DNA of 64,000 nt from Cetorhinus maximus (taxonomy: Eukaryota), in NCBI RefSeq assembly GCF_964194155.1, contig NC_135895.1, forward strand, positions 59,086,001 through 59,150,000. Direction: 5' to 3'. The translations under genes and the position numbers were made by a program. How positions within the stretch are numbered: position 1 is the first letter of the stretch; every line of letters begins with the position of its first letter. The notes under the pieces are model-generated. The model ran no database searches. It had not been told where the DNA came from and worked only from the letters and a program-made list of their open reading frames with translations. Positions 59,558 to 64,000 of this stretch are shown here, piece after piece.

Positions 59558-60921
59558 GGCCTGAATTTTTACGGGGAGAAGAGGGTCTCTGGCTTAGCCA
59601 AATATTGAGCCAGAGTCCCAATTCTGCAAGTCACTCCCCCGAACTGGCACCCACCATTTTTGGTTTGGGGGGGAGGGGTGGTAGTTTGCACGTCAGTGGT
59701 TCATTGACACAGCTGCAGCTGTAAAAGTGTAGCTGCCTTCAGTCAGATGTGATTTTCATCACCAATGTTACTGAAATATGACTCATGGGCTTTACACTTT
59801 TTAGGAGAAGGTCTAAGCTTAGCACAGTACTTTGGAGAGCTGCAGTACCCTTTTTGAGAGGTAACATGCTTAGATCCAATGACCCCTTTGGGAGAGATCA
59901 AGTGCCCTTTGGGATTGTTAAAAATAGACATGAATGTGTGCAAAAAGTGGATAACCTCATGGAACTGTCAAGCTGCCAAGACATCTAAATCCCTTTGGAA
60001 CTGTCAAGCTGTCAAGGCATTTAAATCTAAAAAAAGCCTGCAGTTTAAAATAAAATCAGTGTTTGCTATTTCACACTGTTGACAGATAAGCCAGAGGGTT
60101 ATCATTATAAGATTTGTGCTGCATGACTGATTTCACAACCTATCTTTATCACAATGGGGTGTTAGTTCACAGTTTGATTGACAACTCCAAGTGGTTATAA
60201 AGTCTTCAATGTGGGGCTATGAACACAAATGCTTGTTTTTATAAAGGATTAAGTACCTGAATGAAATGTTTGCTTTTATAAGGAATTACGTAGTTGAAGG
60301 AATTTAAATGTAGTGAATGGGTTTTTATCAATGAGGGTGATTTTTTTAAATAGTGAAATCCTCAATAGGTACTTAGAACCACAAAACTTAATTTTATTCA
60401 ATCTCAGCTTGGCTCCTGTGGTGTGCCCATGGTGGACACTATGGCATGAAGGGTGTAAGGGCAAAGGGTGGTGAGTGAGGGCAGGGGTTGTCATGAGTTG
60501 GCATTAAGATGGCATGGGGCTATAAAGGGCAATGGGGATGGGTAGAGGGGCATAGATTGGCATGGGGTATGAGAGGCCATGTGGGGTAGGTGGGGGGATG
60601 AGTTGGCATGGATGGGTATGGGAAGTGTGTGGGGAGTGAGGGACTTTGAGGGGTGAGGGCTAGAGGGCTGATTTCTGTTTTGTTCTTTTTTTTACGAGTC
60701 CCGGAGCCCTGAGGCCGGCCTTTCACTCAGCCGCCGCTGCTCCTGACCACCACTGTGGCTGCCTCCGCACTGATTCTGGGTCCAGCTGACCCAACTCCCA
60801 TTAGCACCAACCCCTGCCCCCCCACCCCTGGAATGAAAATGGGGCACTTTCTCCCTAGTCAGGTTAGTGGAGTCGGAAATTTTCCCATCCCTGTGCTCCC
60901 AACTCGAGTGAAAATTCAGCC
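59558..60921. mobile_element. MITE-like TIR element, about 1.36 kb
   Basis: TIR-like ends ggcctgaatttttac / gtgaaaattcagccc (13 of 15 complementary); internal G-rich catgggg repeats. Confidence 0.6.
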
Positions 60922-61734
60922 CCAAGTTTATGTGGTGGCATGCCCATTGCAGTTAGACTATGTAGAAATTCTGGAGGGTTTAGACTGTTACTATCTTCTT
61001 TCTCTACAGAATCAACACAGGTGTATTCTTTCAATTCATCTGACACTTTTTCTCAAACATTTTCATTCAAATCTAGTGAGTCTTCATTCTTAGCACAAAG
61101 TATCAAATAACTGTTGCTGCATTTTGCCACATATAACCAATTCCACCATCTCATCCACCCCCATCCCAACCCTCTCTCCCAGGCCATCCCCATCACATGC
61201 CATTCCATCCTTCTCATGCTACCCTTCCCATGCCATGCTACACCCATCACATTCCTTCCATCCCTCCTATGCCATCCATATCTTGCCTTTGCCAACCCCG
61301 ACCCCCCATCTATCCCACCCCACCTCTCATGGAAACAATCCCTCCAGCCAAGATTGTTTTTTTTAAGATTTAAAATCCTTATCCTGGTCTAAAAATACCT
61401 ACATGGTCCTGTCCCATTCCATCTGTGCAATCTTGCTGAACCCAACAGCTTTCTCAAATGCCACACTTCTTTATTCATCTCCTTTCCCCTTTGCCCCTTG
61501 ATGCTAGAGTGTTCAGTGGCACCATCCCTATGTACTTTTCAAAAAAAATAATATACATAGTGCTAGAAATAAGTTTTTCTTAGATCAAAATTAAATTTTA
61601 AATACACTGTTACTGATATGCTTATGTACCCCACTGAAAAAGTTGTTATAGTAGACGCTGGAATAATCTTATGCATCAACTTGTTCTTAAACCAGATGCC
61701 AGGTCTTTCATCCTTATTATTTTCTCTAGTGGGT

Positions 61735-61960
61735 GTCACTAGCGGTTAGCTCAGTTGGCTAGATGGCTAGAGTGTGGTGCAGAATAACGGCAGTGGAGTG
61801 GGTACAATCTCCATATCACGGCTGTGGTAGCTCATGGAGACCTGCCTCCTTACTTTGCCCCAAGCCTGATCCAGAATGGTGCCCCTCAAGCTATATAACC
61901 AAAATGTCTCTCTCTCTAATGGAGAGAGATGTCTATGGTTCTTCGTGGATGTTTGAAGTA
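61735..61960 (+). mobile_element. tRNA-derived SINE-like element
   Basis: A-box TAGCTCAGTTGG at about 61747 and a degenerate B-box gggtacaatc; no tRNA cloverleaf. Confidence 0.55.
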
Positions 61961-62309
61961 GCAGAAACATTCACCTGAGGATGATTCCATCCCAACCAGT
62001 TGGATGTTAGGAACACAATCCATGAGAAGAATTGTGGGGCATCTGCCCTACCATGACCATCCCACCCTCCACTCACCACCACAACCACCATTTCCTCTCT
62101 TAAAGCTACACCTAAAGTGAGAACCAGATCATTTTCCTAAAGCTATTCCCCACCAGGTGTGAATCTCTGACACCCAGCGCACTTCAGACCTGCTGTGACC
62201 ATCTCAGATTAGGGGTTGCTGGAACTTTTAAATTTGTGCTTGGCTTCAATGGGTATTTAAGTATTACAGTTTGGAAGTGCAATTACACTGAGTTTACATA
62301 CCATAAACT

Positions 62310-64000
62310 TCACAGAATCATTGAATTGTTACAGCACAGGTAGAGGCCATCCAGCTCATCATGTCTGGGCCAGCTCCCTGCAAGAGCAACTCAGCTAGTC
62401 ACCCCAATCCCCAACCTTTCCCTTGTAGCCCTGCAAATCTTTTCTCCAGGTAATTATCAAATTGCCTCAAAGTCACAATTGAATCTGCCTTCATCACAAT
62501 CTCAGGCAGTGCTATTCAGATCCTAACCATTCGCTAGGTGAAAAGCTTTTTCTTCAGCTCCTCTCTGGTCCTTTTGTTAATCATATTAAATCTGTGCCCG
62601 CTGGTTCTCGACCCTTATGTCAATGGAAACAACTTTTCTCTATCTATTCTGTCTAGCCCCCTCATGATTTTGCATATCTCTCTCAAATCTCCTTTCAACC
62701 TTATCTTCTATAAGAACAGCAGTCCTAGCTTCACCAAGCTATCCATGTAACAGAAGTCTCTGATCCCTGGAACCATTCTCATATATTTTTTCTGCACCTA
62801 AAGTTTTCACATCCTTCTTAAAGTTTGGCGCACAGAGTTGGGCACAATACTTCAGTTGAGGCCGAAGCAGTGTGATGCAAAGATTCACCATCATTTCCTT
62901 GCTTTTGTACTCTAAGCCTCTATTTCTAAAGTCCAGGATCCCGAATGCCTTGTTAGCCACTTCCTCAACCTGCACTGACACCTTCAACAATTTGTGCACA
63001 TATACACCCAGGGCACTCTGCTCCTGTTGCCATCATCGGCTGACCCTTGATTTGAGGATGATATCTACTCAGGGTCACAAGTCTCTGCCTTGGGTCTTCA
63101 TGTGAGTGAACAGGCCAATTCTTGACCCAGAGATCTTTGGGCACATGGGACAGCATGTCCCACAAGGCAGTGCAATCAGGCGTGAAGAATTTGCTTCCTT
63201 TACTTCTTTGCCACTGCTCTACTTCTGCCTTTTGTGACTCAAAGCATAGCTTGATGGATAGGCTGTTGCCATTTTGAACAATTGGTAGGAAGCTCCTCCC
63301 AGTCATTAATGTCAATACTGCCACACTTCAAGGAGAATTTTTTGAAGTGTTTTCTTTTGCTTCTCCTGGAACATCGGCCATTTGAGAGCTGAGAAAACAG
63401 GATCTGGCATGGGAGAAGCTTTTCGGCCATCCAGACACCGTATCCAGTCCATTGAAGTTGGTTTTGCAGGGGTTTTGCCTGAATGATTGTGGAGCTGACT
63501 TCAAGAATGAGCTGTGACCTATAAACACTTTAAAACAATACCCTTTATTTTAGATTGCTTTTCCTACCAAAATGTTTCACTTCACACTTCTCTGCATCAG
63601 GTTTCCTCTGCCAATTGTCTGCCCATTCCACCAGTCTGTCCATGCCCTCTTGAAATCTATCACTACCCTCCTCACAGTTCACAATACTTCCAAGTTTTGT
63701 GCCATCTTCAAATTTGAAATTTTGCCCTATACACACAAGTCTAGACCATTAATTTAGATCAAAAAAAATAGTGGTCTGAAGATCGACCCCTGGGGAACTC
63801 CACTACATACCGTCATCTAGTCCACAAAACAATAGTTCACCAACACTCTCTGTTTCCTGTCACGCAGCCAATTTTTTATCCATGCTGCCACTGTCCCTGT
63901 TATTCCATGTTCTTCAATTTTGTTGATAAGCCTATTACGTGGCACTTTATCAAATGCCTTTTGAAATCCCATGTACAAAACATAACGACATCATCCTTAC
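62310..64000 (-). mobile_element. CR1 LINE fragment (62310-63025, 63530-64000; runs off the window)
   Basis: KFEDGTKLG, KCEVKHFGR, GLEYKSKE and LRPQLKYCAQ motifs. Confidence 0.88.
63026..63525 (-). mobile_element. RTE-clade LINE 3' end nested in CR1
   Basis: LP.QILFSQL..G...R..KRK.FK..LKC..IDINDWEEL..N.SKW matches the RTE ORF C-terminus; gatgatg tail. Confidence 0.75.

Noticed and set aside
60480-61330. G-rich (60480-60660) and C-rich (61140-61330) tracts as a long inverted repeat
   Set aside because: Similarity is low-complexity (catggg/ccatcc motifs) and I could not establish colinear pairing.
61745-61820. tRNA gene (TAGCTCAGTTGG A-box)
   Set aside because: B-box is degenerate and there is no cloverleaf or acceptor stem; it is a SINE head.

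Overview
Vertebrate genomic DNA, very probably a cartilaginous fish (inferred from the CR1/L2/Penelope/RTE and tRNA-SINE repeat content). Two genes lie tail-to-tail. On + is the last coding exon of SERBP1 (1397-1453) with an apparently highly conserved 3'UTR. On - is a complete IL12RB2-like cytokine receptor gene whose 15 coding exons I traced by hand (ATG 54075 to stop 25948; all GT-AG and phase-compatible; 2607 nt, about 868 aa; signal peptide, Ig-like domain, cytokine-binding region with WSDWS, three FNIII domains, TM, Box1, GYIPSN STAT4-type site). The rest is mostly nested, decayed transposable elements. The most notable non-genic structures are: (1) fold-back Penelope-like (PLE) insertions with 14-bp target-site duplications, one carrying two oppositely oriented minimal hammerhead-ribozyme-like motifs and one reduced to a 169-bp near-perfect palindrome; (2) a non-coding element built from a chain of stem-loops; (3) a possible intronic-polyadenylation route to a soluble receptor. 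I see no clear evidence of a wholly new protein-coding system. Repeat boundaries are approximate and family names come from recognition, not from database searches.
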